Below, piece by piece: positions 1 to 13,694 of a stretch of DNA of 64,000 nucleotides. Position 1 is the first letter of the stretch. The number at the start of each line of letters is the position of its first letter. The notes under the pieces were generated by a model. That model was given only the letters and a program-made list of their open reading frames with translations. It was not told the DNA's origin and did no database searches. This DNA is from the human T2T-CHM13v2.0 reference genome, Homo sapiens. The stretch lies in the NCBI RefSeq assembly GCF_009914755.1, contig NC_060938.1; one strand, given 5' to 3'. The position numbers and the translations under genes were made by a program.

Positions 1-419
1 CTAATATAGCCTTGACAAACAATTTACCATTTCAAATACTGAATAGATCATTATAAATTTAAATTATTCTACTTCACCTTATATTAGAGTAATATATTAT
101 ACTTTTAAAAATTATATTTGATATTGAGTTATAGTATACATTTTTGTGAGCATAGAAAGGAGAGCTTTACACAATATTTATTGTTAAAAGGAGATTTGGG
201 GTCTCCTGCTACATCAAGGTCTATATTAACCATATGTGAATAGCAATTCTTATTTTGGATAGAATCATATACACATCAAATTTTTTCCTTATGATTTATG
301 CCTTTTAGATTTTTTTGAAGAAATTATCTATACTCAAGGGTCACAACAATATACACATACATTTTCTTCTATTAAAAAATACATATGTATATACACATAT
401 ATTACTTCTATTAATTTTG

Positions 420-1400
420 TCGCTGTAACATCCATGTTTAAGTTTAATCCAAATAGAGTGCATGATGATAGATAACAAGATAAGTATGTAGTTTGATTTT
501 ATTTTTTATATTTTGAGCCAGTTTTCCCAATAATATTTGTTTCCTAAGAGTTTATACTTTATCTCCCTTTACTGTGGTGCTGCCTTATCAGATATCAATT
601 TCCCATTATATATAATTCCTAAGAGATCTTTAATCATTTTTTGGTCCTATTTTTCAGTTCCTTCAGGAGTACTTTACATTTTTTATAATGTGTTTTTGGC
701 ATATTATGATATGTATCTGTACTATTCAAAATCTTGATTCTTTTGTATAAATTTTAAATGATTTTATTCAATTTATAAAAACTAGCCAGAATATTGCTGA
801 CAACCTGAATTGATACATTTATTGTGGGGGAATTGACATCTTCACACAATTAATTTTCTGCATTCATAAACATGTGTATCTTCATTTGTACATAATTTTT
901 GTGTTATTTAAATTTTATTCCCCACATATACACTGTGCATTATATAAGTCAATTGTGATACATTTGATGTTTTTTGTTCTAACTCTAAATTATATATTAT
1001 GTATTTCTAAGATGATTACTGTGATTATAGAGAATTATAATTGTTTTTCAAAGGTGTACATGAATCTGAGGGTCTTGTTGAAATATCATGTACTTGGAAT
1101 GATTTCTGACTTCTGGTGTTTTTTTCTGTGTAAAGAATCACACTGTCTGCCCATATTGAGAGTTTTATATCTCCCTTTCCAATCTTTACACCTCTTTTCT
1201 TTTTCTCTTTCTTGTGTTATTGTATTGGGGGAGTTCCAGTAATATATTAAAAAATTGGTGATACAAGTCAAGTTGTCTTGCCACTAATCTTAAAGAAAAT
1301 ATATCTGAAGTTTCTACAGAAATTTTATATTTGTTGTATATTTGGGTCAACAACCTTCATCAAGTTAAAAAATATGCAAATATGCATTGATTCCTATTTC
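420..1400 (-). mobile_element. Old L1M (L1M5/L1ME-like) ORF2 remnant
   Basis: Degenerate antisense L1 ORF2-like motifs (e.g. 'ggggaattgacatcttc', 'ccttcatcaagttaaaa'); T-rich; no intact frame. Confidence 0.55.
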
Positions 1401-1434
1401 TTAGGAGATTGATGATATATTTTTAGAGAATTTA

Positions 1435-1640
1435 CCATGGTTAACAGCACTGGCTCAAAGTAGACTGTTTTAGTTCAAACTGTGGTGCAATCACTACCCA
1501 AAGTATGACTTTCTGTCTTCCTCCCTTGCCTCTTATGTAAAATGTAGTCAATAATAATATTTTTCTCATATGGATTTCTGAGTGTTAAATCAATTAACAT
1601 GTGAAAAGGTCTCAGTGCCTGGTACATGGGAAATGCTAAT
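1435..1640 (+). mobile_element. MIR SINE
   Basis: MIR core-like 'tgtaaaatg...ataataatat...ctcatatggatt...gttaaat...aacatgtgaaaagg..cagtgcctggtacat'. Confidence 0.65.
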
Positions 1641-2079
1641 TGCTACGTATTATTTATTTGATTTTAAGAGAAATTTAGTTATAATTTATTCAAATATTTT
1701 ATGTCTTTATATGCACATGTATATTATATATGTTTTTTTCTTTTTAAGACTCTTATTATGTGGATGTTTTTACTTATTTATATATGCCCTTCCTGTATCT
1801 TATTTTTTTTTCATTATATTCCATCATTGGTTGACCACAGATAATTCCTCGGCAAAATGTTCCTGCTCACTAATTGACACTAACTGACATTTCATCTGTA
1901 TATATTCTGGTCTTTTATATTCTTTACTTATTGTCTTTTTAATGCTCAAAATTTTGACATGCTTCTTACATTGGCAGTTGGGAGATAGTTTTATTTCAAT
2001 GCAAGGATTATTACTTATGTTGAATTTGTACATGTACCCAAATTCTTATTTGTACAGTAAAACTTTTAAGAAATATTTA

Positions 2080-2890
2080 AAATATTAAAGAGATGATGTA
2101 TAATATCTCATAAAGTACATAAAGAGTATTACAGTAAATACTCATATGTCTAATTTTGAATATAGAATGGTGCTATATCTATTAAGGTTCCATCTACATA
2201 TCTCCTTAATGTCATCTCTTGTAGTCACAGCAGAGGAATCCACCATTGTGAATTTTGTGCTTGCATTCTGTTGCTTTTTTTCTTTGTACAAATATTTAGT
2301 ACAATGTCTCATACATATTTAAAATATATCCTTCTATAACTTGCTTATGTGTCCTTTTGTGACTTGTTTATTTCACTAAACATTATGCTGGTGAAATTTA
2401 TGTTGCTACATAAAGTTTTAATTTATTTATTTTCAAAACTTTATAGTATTTTATTAATTCACTACAATTTGTTTATTTGTTCTTAGATTGATAGACCATA
2501 GAGCCTTTTCATAAAAACAATTCAATTCTAAATATTCTTATATATTCCACCAGGTACATATTGTCAAACATTTCTCCGTGGCCTAACTAACACTTGATAC
2601 TGCAGGCTTTTTCATTTATTTTAATACGGTAGGAATAAAATAATGTTTCGTTATGATTCAATTTGTAAATCATTGACTGTGTACAAGGTTGAGTTTTCCT
2701 ATTGTATAAGCCACGCCTTTTTCCTTTATTATAAAATACCCATTTGTGTCTTCTGCTTATACTTTAACTGTTTTGTGTTTTTATCTTAAAGATCTATAAA
2801 TCTTTCATATGGACTTCAAATACTATGGCTTTGTCTGTTATTTTCATCCCAAATACATTGATACAGTTTGAAATGTATTCTGTAAACATT
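2080..2890 (-). mobile_element. Old L1ME-like 3' end remnant
   Basis: Antisense L1M 3' UTR-like motifs ('gacttgtttatttcactaaacattatg', 'ttatagtattttatt', 'aaatattcttatatatt'). Confidence 0.5.
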
Positions 2891-2904
2891 TTAAATAATT
2901 TTTC

Positions 2905-3210
2905 AATTTTTATTATTTATTTATTAATTAGATGAAATTTTGCTTTTGTTGCCCAGGCTGGAGTGCAATGGCACTATCTTGCTCACTACAACCTCCGCTT
3001 CCCAGGTTCAAGCGATTCTCCTGCCTCAGCCTCCCGAGTAGCTTGGATTACAGGCATCCATCACCCTGCCCAGCTAATTTTTGTATTTTTGATTGAGACG
3101 GGGTTTCACCATGTTGGTCAGCCTGGTCTTGAACTCCTGACCTCAGGTGATCCTCCCATCTCAGTCTCCTAAAATGCTGGGATTACAGGCATGAGCCACC
3201 ATGCCTGGCC
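2905..3210 (-). mobile_element. AluS (AluSq/Sp-like), full length
   Basis: T-rich tail followed by 'ttgttgcccaggctggagtgcaatggc...gggattacaggcatgagccaccatgcctggcc'. Confidence 0.95.
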
Positions 3211-4309
3211 TTAATTTTTAAATATTTTTAATAAAATATTTTGCTATGCATATGTTTTCGTTTTATTTTAATGTATTTAATATTTTTTTTATTTCTCCAA
3301 GTTCATAAATACATTTCTCAATATTTTAACTTCCGAACTACATTTATAACAACATTCAAAGTAATGTCAGTTAATTTAGTTTTGACAGAATAAACTTTAA
3401 AAGGTTTGCTTTGATATCTTTAACTGCATAAAATTAAAATAAAACTTTTTGGAATTAACTGACCTTCTCTTTAAAGCATCTGTGACACAGATGTAGATAT
3501 GGAATAAATTAGATCTGCTGAAATATTTTTCTGTCAATGGACACAACACCATAGTAGCTATTTCTTCATTTTTCATACGTAAACTTAAATTATAAAGTGA
3601 ATGAAATTTGTGAATGAAAACACAATTAGATCTAAATGAAAGGTCATGTTTTATAGAGTGATATGTGCCTGCACTTTCTGTACTCATATGTGTCTCTGAA
3701 TTCAGTTTTCTTATATCAACTACTAACTTTTGCAATAGAGTCTAATGTTTCTTCTGCAGATTTCTACCTACTAGTTTTCATGTAACCAGTGACATACAAA
3801 GTGGTTTCTATGGTGAATGATAAATGTCAATAGATATTTGTGCAAGCTGTACACTCACAGTCTTGAGAGGCTAGCATTAAGTACTTAATTTTTTATTAAA
3901 TACAAGCATTATTTTCAGAGCTAATTCATAATAAAATATTTATTCCAAAGCCTAAGAAGCATTACCAAACAAGTTTACAAAGTGGTTTTTGATGTTTGCA
4001 ATACAATAAGTGAAGCCACCACTGCAGGAAAGGCATGAGACTACTCTTTATATGGTCTATGTTGGAGATTAGTCAAGTTTCATTCCACATATATATTTTA
4101 TATACAACCTGCTTACAATTTTTCATAGTTCTACTGACCCAAACAGCAATACCTGATGGCTTTGTGGATCTCACAAGCCAACACTCAGGACCCGGCACAC
4201 CTGGCTAGTATATTAAGTGGTCAACAGGAATCTCTATCACAATTACTTAGGTCCTGAAGGAATTAGGTATCCCTAGTTACTCCTTTCAGAGCACATTTGA
4301 TTTACTAAA

Positions 4310-6105
4310 GAAATTATTCCCTCAAACAAGTTTTCCAAACTTTTAGACTTTTCTTCTTCCTTGGGAGCACCAATTATTCTTAGGTTTGGTCATTTAACAT
4401 AACCAAAACTTCTTGAGGCTTTGCTTATTTTTTTTAATTCTTTTTTTCATTGTCTTCGTTGGATTAGGTTAAAAGCCTTGTCTTCAAGCTCTGAAATTCT
4501 TCTACTTGTTTGATTCTATTGTTGAAACTTTTCAATTTATTTTGCATTTCTCTCAGTTTGTCTTTCATTTCTAGAAGTTGTGATTGTTTTTTATTTATGC
4601 CATCTGTTTCTTTGGAGGTTTATTCACCAATATCGTGCATTAATTCTTTAATTTTTTAAGTTGGTTTTCATCTTTCTCCTGTGCCTCCCTGAGTAGCTTA
4701 ATAATCAACCTTCTGAATTCTTTTTTGTGGAAATTCGGTGATTTCTTCTTGGTTGAATCCATTGCTACTGTTTTGGGGGGGTGAAAAAAAATACCTTGCT
4801 TTGTCATATTACCAGAATTGTTTTTCTGGTTTCTTCTCATTTGGGTAGACTATGCCAAAGGAAAATTCTTGGGATCAAGAGCTGCTGTTCAGATTACTTC
4901 GTTCCATGAGGTGATCGCTTGATATGGTGCTCTCCCCTTTCCCCTATAAATGGGGCTTCCTGAGAGCCAAACTGCAGTGATTGTTTTTGTTCTTCTGGGT
5001 CTAGCCACTCAGCAGAGCTACCAAGCTCAGTCCTGTGATGTGATCCTTCTTCAGGTCTCTCAGCTGCGGATACGTGCACTTCCTCTAGTGGAGGTGGCAG
5101 GGGAGTGAAGTGGACTCTGTGGGAGTCCTTGGTTGTCGTTTATTTAGTGTGCTGGTTTTCTCAAATGCTGGTTGTGCTAGACTTTAAGCTGCCACATAAA
5201 CAGACACAAGACTCCTGGCTAGCCAGGATGTTACAGGCAGTAGAATTCACTGCTGTTTTCTCCTTTCTTGGAGCAGAGTTGTTCTTTTATGAGTTGCTGT
5301 AATGACTTGAGTTGGTTGGCTTCCAGCTAGGAGGTGGTGTCTTCAAGAGAGCATCAGTTGCAGTAGTATGGGGGATACAAGCTTGCCTTAAGGCTGCCTG
5401 GGTAAGTATTCAGGTTTCTCAGGGCATGGTGTGGTAGGTATAGAGCACCCAAGAGATTATGTCTTTTGACTTCAGCTACCAGGGCAAGTAGAGAAAGACC
5501 ATCAAGTGCAGGCAGGGTTAGACATGTCTGAGCTCAGACTCTCCTTGGGCAGGGCTTGCTTTGGCAGCTGTGGGGACGGGTGTGTGGTTCTCAGGCCAGT
5601 GAAGTTATGTTTCCAGGAGGGGATTATGGCTGCTGTTGCTGTGTCATACAGGTTTCCAGGGAAGTAGGGAAAAGCCAGTAGTGACAGGCCTCACCCAGGT
5701 TCCATGCAGCCAGCAAAGCCCATCTCACTCCTATGGTGCCCCACCAACAGCACTGAGTTTATATCCAGGCAGCCAGTGAACAGGGCTGATATCGTGCCCC
5801 AGGCTGCAAGTATCCCTCTGAGAAAGCAAGCAGTGCTTTCAGTCCCCACCGCTCCCCACGTGTCACAGCTTCTGTTTCATACCTGGACTTCCCATTTGCC
5901 CCTGCTCCCTTGGATTCTGCCCAGGAAAATTCATGCTTAGTCTAAATTATTACAAAGCTCTGCTGGAAGTTTCCTTCTCCCTGTGGTTCTTCCCCAATTA
6001 GACTGGCAGCCCTCCCTAAAGACCCCTGTGAGATAAAGTCAGAAATGGCTTCCCTGGGCTTCCCTGGAGACCAGGAGTGCCTACAGGGCCTTTCTTGCTG
6101 CTGCT
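4310..6105 (-). mobile_element. L1PB / old L1PA 5' UTR and start of ORF1 (L1PBa-like 5' fragment)
   Basis: Minus ORF 4640..4840 (MRRNQKNNSGNMTKQG...KEFRRLIIKLLREAQEK) resembles the ORF1p N-terminus of older primate L1; followed by a GC-richer 5' UTR-like stretch. Confidence 0.8.
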
Positions 6106-6109
6106 AATT

Positions 6110-6960
6110 TGTTCAAAAGTAAAATGAGAGTTTTCTGACTTAGAAGGTATCATTCCATTGCGTTCATAAAATAAACTGAGTCGCTTTTGCTCTTTCTAAG
6201 TTTTTTATTGTAACAACTTGTTTGTTGCAGGAATAAAGTGTTCTTCGAAAGTATAATAGAACTCAACTTCAATATCGTTTGGAACTGGGTATTTCTGACA
6301 CATTTAAAAGTTTTGATAATATTTTGTTATTAAATTTTTTATTTCTTCTGACAAATATTTAATATTTTCTATAAATTTAGCTATTTCACTAGATTCTGAA
6401 GCATATTATTGTATTTTATAATGCTTAATGTTTATTGTGTTTACAGTTATCCATTTAAAATCTATACATTATCTTCTTTTTTTCTTGATCAGTTTTATTA
6501 GAGGTATGATCAAGCATACATATATATTTTATAGGAAACATGTATTAAATTTTATTAAATTTCAATTCTATTAATTGTTTGTTTTGACCTCTATTATACT
6601 GAATTTTGTATTTTTTTGCTTTCCATGTCTTTTCAAACATTTATAATATAGTTTCATTATATATTAAAATTACATTGACTCTTCCATTGTGATATACTTT
6701 ATATACATCATTTCTATAAAATTGATTTTGTAATGTCCATTGAGGCTGTTTTTGTCACCTTAAACATAGTTTCCTTAATAGTCCATGCGCACTTGAAAAG
6801 AACAATTCTGTTTTTTATGTGTGATACCTTGAATTCAGCAATTCTATTTTTAGATCTTCAATGTTTCTGTTTATATTTGTGTACTTGATTCATCAACTAA
6901 ATCTGACTATATATTTCTTGTTGTATGATGTATAGTAAAAAGTTATCAATAATATGTTCT
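6110..6960 (-). mobile_element. Old L1M ORF2 remnant
   Basis: Degenerate antisense ORF2-like motifs ('ttcttgatcagttttattagagg', 'gtccatgcgcacttgaaaagaa'). Confidence 0.5.
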
Positions 6961-8349
6961 CATTATAGTATTTCTTGTAACATTATATATTACTTTTCTT
7001 TTTCTTCTGTGTCATATTTTTCCTTCAAATTTTGTTTTGGCAGATTTTCAGAATGCAATCCTACTGTTCTTTTGGTCCATAGTTGCCTAGTAGATCTTCT
7101 TTCATATTATTTCAATCTGTTTTTATTGTTTAAAGTTTTTTTCTCTTATTTATTATAACCTCTTTGTAGTACAATCTGTGGTCTCTAAGATGAATAGAAC
7201 ATTGAGATAGTGGAACACTGGAAATGAGGTAGTTGTAAATTACAAGAGCAATAAATATAAATTTTTATATAATGCAGTACTACAAAAGGACTAAATGAAG
7301 TAGCATGATAAGAACTAAAAAATATTTTTAGTGAAAGAGTTGCACTGTAATGTATATATAGTAAGATATACCATATACATTTTATATAAATTCCTAAACT
7401 TCTTTTAAGTACTAAATATGGTGAATATGTGAGCTTCTCACTGGTTGAGAGGCTAAAAGCCTTACATTTTATGGGCACATAATCATTTTATTTAAACAAT
7501 GCCTTAAATATGATAAAATGTTAGTATCATTTTAACTTTGTGTAGTGGTAAGATGGGTGTTTAGTGTATCAATTGCTGTGCATCTATTTTCAAAAATTTA
7601 AAAATAAATAAATAAAACCCCTCAAACTCTAAGTTGATTTTAAAAAAAACAATGTAAGTTGTAGAATGAGTCCATTTAGAAATTCTAAACAAAATAAAAT
7701 ATGCAAATATACAACATAATTTAAATAACTGAGAATTCGAATCTAAATTGGTAATGTTGAATTCCAATTTTTATTTCTTTAACATTAATAACCTTATTCA
7801 CATTGTTTGAGACTCAAGAGACTCTAGAATTAAGATCAAAATTCTGTGACACCAAGCTTTATTAGTTTGTTCAGTTTTTGCTAATTGTAGTTGTAAATAC
7901 CAAAAGAAATTCTTCAATCTATTCGAAATATTTTGACTAAGAAATAATACACAAGTAAAATGCCACTTTCCTATACCTAAAATAAGTGACATTTTCAGGG
8001 AAATTATTCGTCTTTCACATTACTAGTAAAGACACTTTTCTTCCCAAATGTTCAGATATTCTTGAGGTCTTCTTATCAAGAATCCATAAGTAGACAGTAA
8101 TTAATTCCTGGCTAAAAATGCATTTCTTCCAGAAGTAAAAGACTCACTCAAGGTAAAAATTTGAATCCAGCACCCACTGTGGACTAACTTGTCTAATTAG
8201 TTTTATGCCAAGAAATTCATTATTGGTCCACCAATGGAATAAAAAGTATTTTCAAGTAAATTTAACAAAAATACAATTTTAAAAATTATTTTTAAATTAA
8301 AACTGCATCATCAATTTTATATTACCTGGCTGTATCAATTAGAAACTGG

Positions 8350-9230
8350 GTAAGTAAGAGTTGGTGCAACTGAAGATGAGAGTGGGATAAAGACTTCAAC
8401 TTGCCTATTGGTTTTGGCAGGGTGGTATTCGAAGTTCTCCCTGACATGAGCAGTTTTAGTCGGAGATCATGTTGGCATGCTAAAGACCAAAAGCAAAGAG
8501 GAAAGTAGAAATAGTGTTGCTAGGCAAATTTTTCAGTCATTTTTACTCTAAAGAAGAAAAGGGAAAGGGTCAAGACCCCAGAAAATATAAAAACAAGGAG
8601 ACAATCATTTTTGTTTGTTTGTTTGCTTAAAGAGATTTTAGGCTGGAGAGAATGATCCAAGCAAGAGTAAAGACTTAAGACACAATGGAGAAAGAATATA
8701 CTATTAGTAACCAATTCCTTGAAAGAGCAAGAGAAAATAGGTAATGAATTTCAATGCTGAATGGTTTTAATAGAAATAAAAAGTTTGTCTATTGTAATGT
8801 AAAATAAACAGACTGCCCCAAGATAGATAAGTATCAGCTAGTAGATTAATAATGGGAGTATGAGATATTTCTCTCTGGGGCCTCTATTCTCTCGATAATG
8901 AAATAGATTGAAAAAGATTTGAGAAGAGGAAATAAGAGAAAATGTAAAATAATTATCCCAGTGATGAGAAGCGCCATTTGATCAGGGAACTTTAGTAGGA
9001 TTGCTTGATATTGTAGAAGGCCCAGTTGAGAGTTGTAGTCATAATTTTAAAACAAAGTTTTGCTCCAATCCGTATCAGTTACATAGGTGCAGGCACAAAA
9101 TAAACAGAGACTCAATGTAATCAGGATAGTCACGTTGGCTGGAAAACATGATAAAGTGGGAAAGGGATAGGAAAGTTAAGTGTTCATGCAAGAAATATTT
9201 AAAGGGCTGGAGCATGGAATCTACTGGTTG
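8350..9230. mobile_element. Probable L2 remnant
   Basis: Purine-rich degenerate tract with L2-like motifs ('gagcagttttagt', 'aagatttgagaagagga'); weak. Confidence 0.3.
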
Positions 9231-10411
9231 ATCTAGCCTATGGAATGCTCAGTTTTTCAAGATTCCACTGAGATGCCAGATCTACTACAAAATCCAAGTT
9301 TAAAATATACTATGAGTTGAAGCAGGAAATACAGGATAGAAACAAAATAGGGACAGTGACTGCAATCAAACCGCAGATCACAGCGTGCATGGACAGTTAA
9401 CTCCGCATTTTACAAGTAAATATAGTGGGAAGAAATTCTTGGTAAAGATATTTAGCAAAGAAAATAAGCTAAAAAAGGAAGCATTTAGACTGCAATTCTG
9501 AGAATGTGTGGATTTGTTTTTCTGTCTATGCCTTTGATGGAATCTGTTATTCACCGTGTATCTTGCTGTACAACATATGAGCATAATGAAGACGGCAAAA
9601 TCAGTCCTTAGGGAAAGCGATCAGTCAGTTATCCCGCAGATTCCATTCCATGATTCATGTCCTAGGTTTGCTCAAATTATCCCTCACTGGCGACTGCCCA
9701 TGAGATTAGGCAGCTGAGAGTAAATAAATTTGAAGGAATATTTTAACACAAATGATAAATCAGGGGAACAAAGAAGGTATTAAACATATCCCTTGTTTTA
9801 AAATGTGTATTCTATCAGCCCTAGAAATCCTGTGTGACATTTTGTTAAGGAAGATCTTCTCTAAAACTTTTCCTTCAGAAGCAGTTCATCAGCGTCTCCA
9901 GTCTGGGAAACAACATTGTCTCTGGTAGCTGAATATTAGTTTAGCAAATTTCTTTTTTCCCTACCTCACAGTCTAACTGGTAGGTGTGACTAAAAGGTCT
10001 CTGAAATTACTCAGAATGATTGTGGCATTACTTAATAACTCTAAATGATTTTTCCCCTGAAAATCTGTCACAAATCTCTAAACAAACAGCAGTTATTATG
10101 GAAATTTTTAGATAAATTTACTGTACCATTAGTGGTATTTCTGAGTCACCTAGTAATGACATAGACAGTTAAAAAATTTTTTTAAAACACATAATTGGTT
10201 AGAAATAGCTTATTGACAGTGAATTTGGCCCTCACACAAGTTCAGTGGAAAAAGAGCTTCTTCAAAAGAGCCCTGTCAGCATAACATTAATCTAATTTTA
10301 AGAGTCTGTCTTTCCTTACTACTAATTTGAGTTTAATGAATCCATCTGGCTGGGCTATTTCTGATGAAAAGATATGTTGTGAGATAATAAATTGGATCTG
10401 CATGTGTGCTT

Positions 10412-10450
10412 CTGTGTGTGTGTGTGTGTGTGTGTGCGCATGTGTGTGTG
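10412..10450 (+). repeat. (TG)n microsatellite
   Basis: Direct observation. Confidence 0.95.
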
Positions 10451-10517
10451 GTTGAACCATATGAAATTATGAATTTCATAGGTTAAAAAAGTCATCAATT
10501 TCACATGGCTCAACTTC
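10449..10517. mobile_element. MADE2 mariner-type MITE
   Basis: Terminal inverted repeats 'gttgaaccatatgaaatt' (10451) and 'aatttcacatggctcaac' (ending 10514) about 65 bp apart; matches the recalled MADE2 consensus ends. Confidence 0.75.
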
Positions 10518-11599
10518 ATAAATACATATTTATATTTGAATATTTATATAATATTCTGTGTGCTATTGTGTGACATATATTATTGTATTGTGATAAAGAA
10601 TATTTTGCATTTTCACAAAATGTAACATTGGACACATATACACTATTTCATAATTTACCTTCCTCATGCATAGCAAATTTCCTCATTGTCTTTCCTGTGA
10701 CAGTAACTGTCTTGAAATGGAGAATTAAAACCATTATTCAAACTATTTGATTTAACCAGATTAAAAATATATTGTATTTTTGAGAGAAATATATGAAGTT
10801 GGTAACATTCCAGAATATTTTTCCTACAAGAAGGACTCTCTCCTTTCAGAATTTTTTTATTCTATGGAAACTAAATTTTGCCAATTTTTGTGGGACTATA
10901 TTGACATCAAGTTTTGACCAGTATATCTAGAGAGTCTGAGAAAGAGCCAGCTAGACCATTCTTAAGCAAAATGTGGGTAGCTGAATTTGTTTAGTAATTT
11001 TCTTCCTTTTTCTTCTCACATATATCTGTGACTGGTAGGTGCAAAGCAGTTAGTTCAAAAGCACTTTCTGTATAGTACACTGGGCTTAATTAAATCTCTG
11101 TTGACTTTGCTAGGTTTTATCTACTGCACTGTCCAACCAAGAGTAGTCTACAGACAATCAAACTAGAGAGACTTAGCACATTTTTACAGTTTATTGTTGC
11201 AATCAAATAAACCTTACAGAACATTAATTTATGCAGTATTTAAGACTCTTATTCAACTTTATAGCCTATATCATAATTAGACATAAAGGTAAATAATAAG
11301 CATGAATATCAAAAGATATTATCATGTCATAGCCAGCCCATATAGATCCATGTTTTAATTTTGTTAGCTCTATATTGTACACAAGTTAATTTGGCAAACT
11401 CATTGAGATTCCACAAGGTACCAAAGTAGACACAGATGCTAAGAAGGCAGTTCTAAACAAGGCGGCTTTTCTGTTGCAATGTTATGAATGGTAAGTCTTC
11501 TTTATATTTCAACACTATCAGAGTCAGTAACATATATGGTACAAACATTCTTATACATGTGTCACTGATTCTGGATCAGGAGCCCTACATATGTAGCCT

Positions 11600-12022
11600 T
11601 TATTTGATTCTACCTATATATGTCTGCCTAGTATTACCTAAGCTTCTGGGGCAAAGATTACAAACTTATTTCTCTCTTTCCTGGGCATACAGCCAAATGG
11701 TTTCCTGATCTCTTTTTTCTGGATAAGTGAGGATGTCTGATTGAGTTCTTGGTAATGGAATATGAATGGAAATTATGGATGCTACTCAAGAAAAACTGTT
11801 TCCAGCTTGGATACAGAGAAACATGCAAATAATTCTAAAGCACTAGACGATAATAGAGAGCAAAATATTGAAATATCTTGGGTTCTTGTGTACCCACTAG
11901 AATCTTGTCTCCCCAGTCAACTATATTGGATTCTGACTTGAATGAGAAACAAACTTTTATTTTCTCGAACTATTGATATTTGGAAAATGTTTGTTGAATA
12001 GTTAACCTACTCTGACTAACAC
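11600..12022 (+). mobile_element. MLT1 (H/I/J-like) solo LTR
   Basis: 'gagttcttggtaatggaatatgaatggaa', 'tgagaaacaaactttt', 3' end 'tgactaacaca'. Confidence 0.55.
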
Positions 12023-12689
12023 AACTTTTGTGGTGAAGGTACCTGTTTTTTTAGCATACACTCCCACCCAATTCTGATGTTCCACTGTTGGAGATAGAGT
12101 TAAACTCACAAAATGGAAATATTTACAAGAAATTTAGAGTTTCCCATTGTGTTAACTCCTTGAAGTGACATAAAGCTAAAGTATGTGAAGACGACAGGTG
12201 CCTGCGTTATTATTGCCTTAAAATTCCTGTGCAATTGCAACTGAGTTTTGTTGTGAATATAATTAATAACATTAAATATTTTTCTATTGTGAGGAGAAAA
12301 TGAATTCAGAAATCAGGAGAAATGGGGTACATGAATGCTTGGCAGAGTGTAAGAGATCATTTAGACTAGAAAATGAGAGAAGCAAAAAAGAGATGAGAAA
12401 TTGAAGGGGAGCTTCCTTGATTTCAGAGTTGCAACACACTGTGATAGCTCTTCATAAATACTTGAAAAGGATATTTATTTATCCAGTATAACTCCAGAGA
12501 GCATAGTAAAGAGTCATAGATATATTTCATAGAGGGAGATTCCCATGTAATACCAGAAGAAATTATTGCTAATTATAGCAATTTCAATGAATTCTCTTCT
12601 AGAAATTCTGTATGCCTACATGTCACGTAAACTTCCCTGGATCATGTATTGTCCTTGTTACTGTACTTTCACTTCCCCTGCCATGACCA

Positions 12690-12990
12690 ATTTTTTTTTT
12701 TTTTTTTTTCAGATGGAGTCTCACTCTGTCGCCAGGCTGGAGTGGAGTGCAGTGGCGCAATCTCGGCTCAATGCAACCTCCGCCTCCCGGGTTCAAGTGA
12801 TTCTCTGCCTCAGCCTCCCGGGTAGCTGGGACTACAGTCGAGCACCACCATGCCTGGCTAATTTTTGTATTTTTAGCAGAGACGGGGTTTCATCAAATTG
12901 GTCAGGCTGGTCTCAAACTCCTGACCTCGTGATCCTCCCACCTCGGCCTCCCAAAGTGCTGGGATTACAGGCTTGAGTCACTGCGCCCGG
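12690..12990 (-). mobile_element. AluS (AluSc-like), full length, with degenerate TSD
   Basis: Poly-T followed by the antisense Alu body; flanks 'tgccatgaccaat' / 'tgctatgaccatt'; internal 5-bp duplication 'ggagtggagtgc'. Confidence 0.95.
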
Positions 12991-13694
12991 TGCTATGACC
13001 ATTATTGTACGACATGTACCACTGGGTTCAAGCCCTCTTCTTTCCCCATGTTCTTCACTGTGCTCTAATGTCTGATGGGTCACTGACATCTCACTCAGAT
13101 GCCAGGTCCTCCATGCCGCATTCGGGACTCTTACTCAACATTACCTCAGCTTTTATGACTGTTATTTTCTTTGTGTAAATATAATTACCATAAGATATAA
13201 ACAACTAGAACATATCTTTATTTTAGAATTCCCTATATGTATTTTGTGTTTTGATGCTCACAAAACAGTCGAATAAATCAATTAATTTATGTCTTTGGAG
13301 ATATTGCAGACTGGATGCCTCTGAGACACGTAAAAATTCTAAAATTTCTTCATTCTAAGTTGGCAAATAAAAATTTAATCAAGTCTCTTTTACTGGGTGG
13401 TTGATAAACTGGAGAAGATTTTGAGAGGCACTGTATGCTTCTAGAAGGCTGGAAAACTCAATAACCTGTTTAGGTGATCACTTTTTTTTTGCCTAGCTTG
13501 AGGCATTTTTTCTCTTCCACTGCCATACCATGTTTATTTTATTTTTCTTACCACCTGACCACATTTGAATTTTTCTCTGCTTATCTAACACCTCCTCCAT
13601 GTTATTGCTTTCAATGCCCATCCCAATTTTATATATCCAAATGTCAGTATTTTGTCTTCATAAATGAAGTGATTCTCTCTTGCTTACTCTCCAT

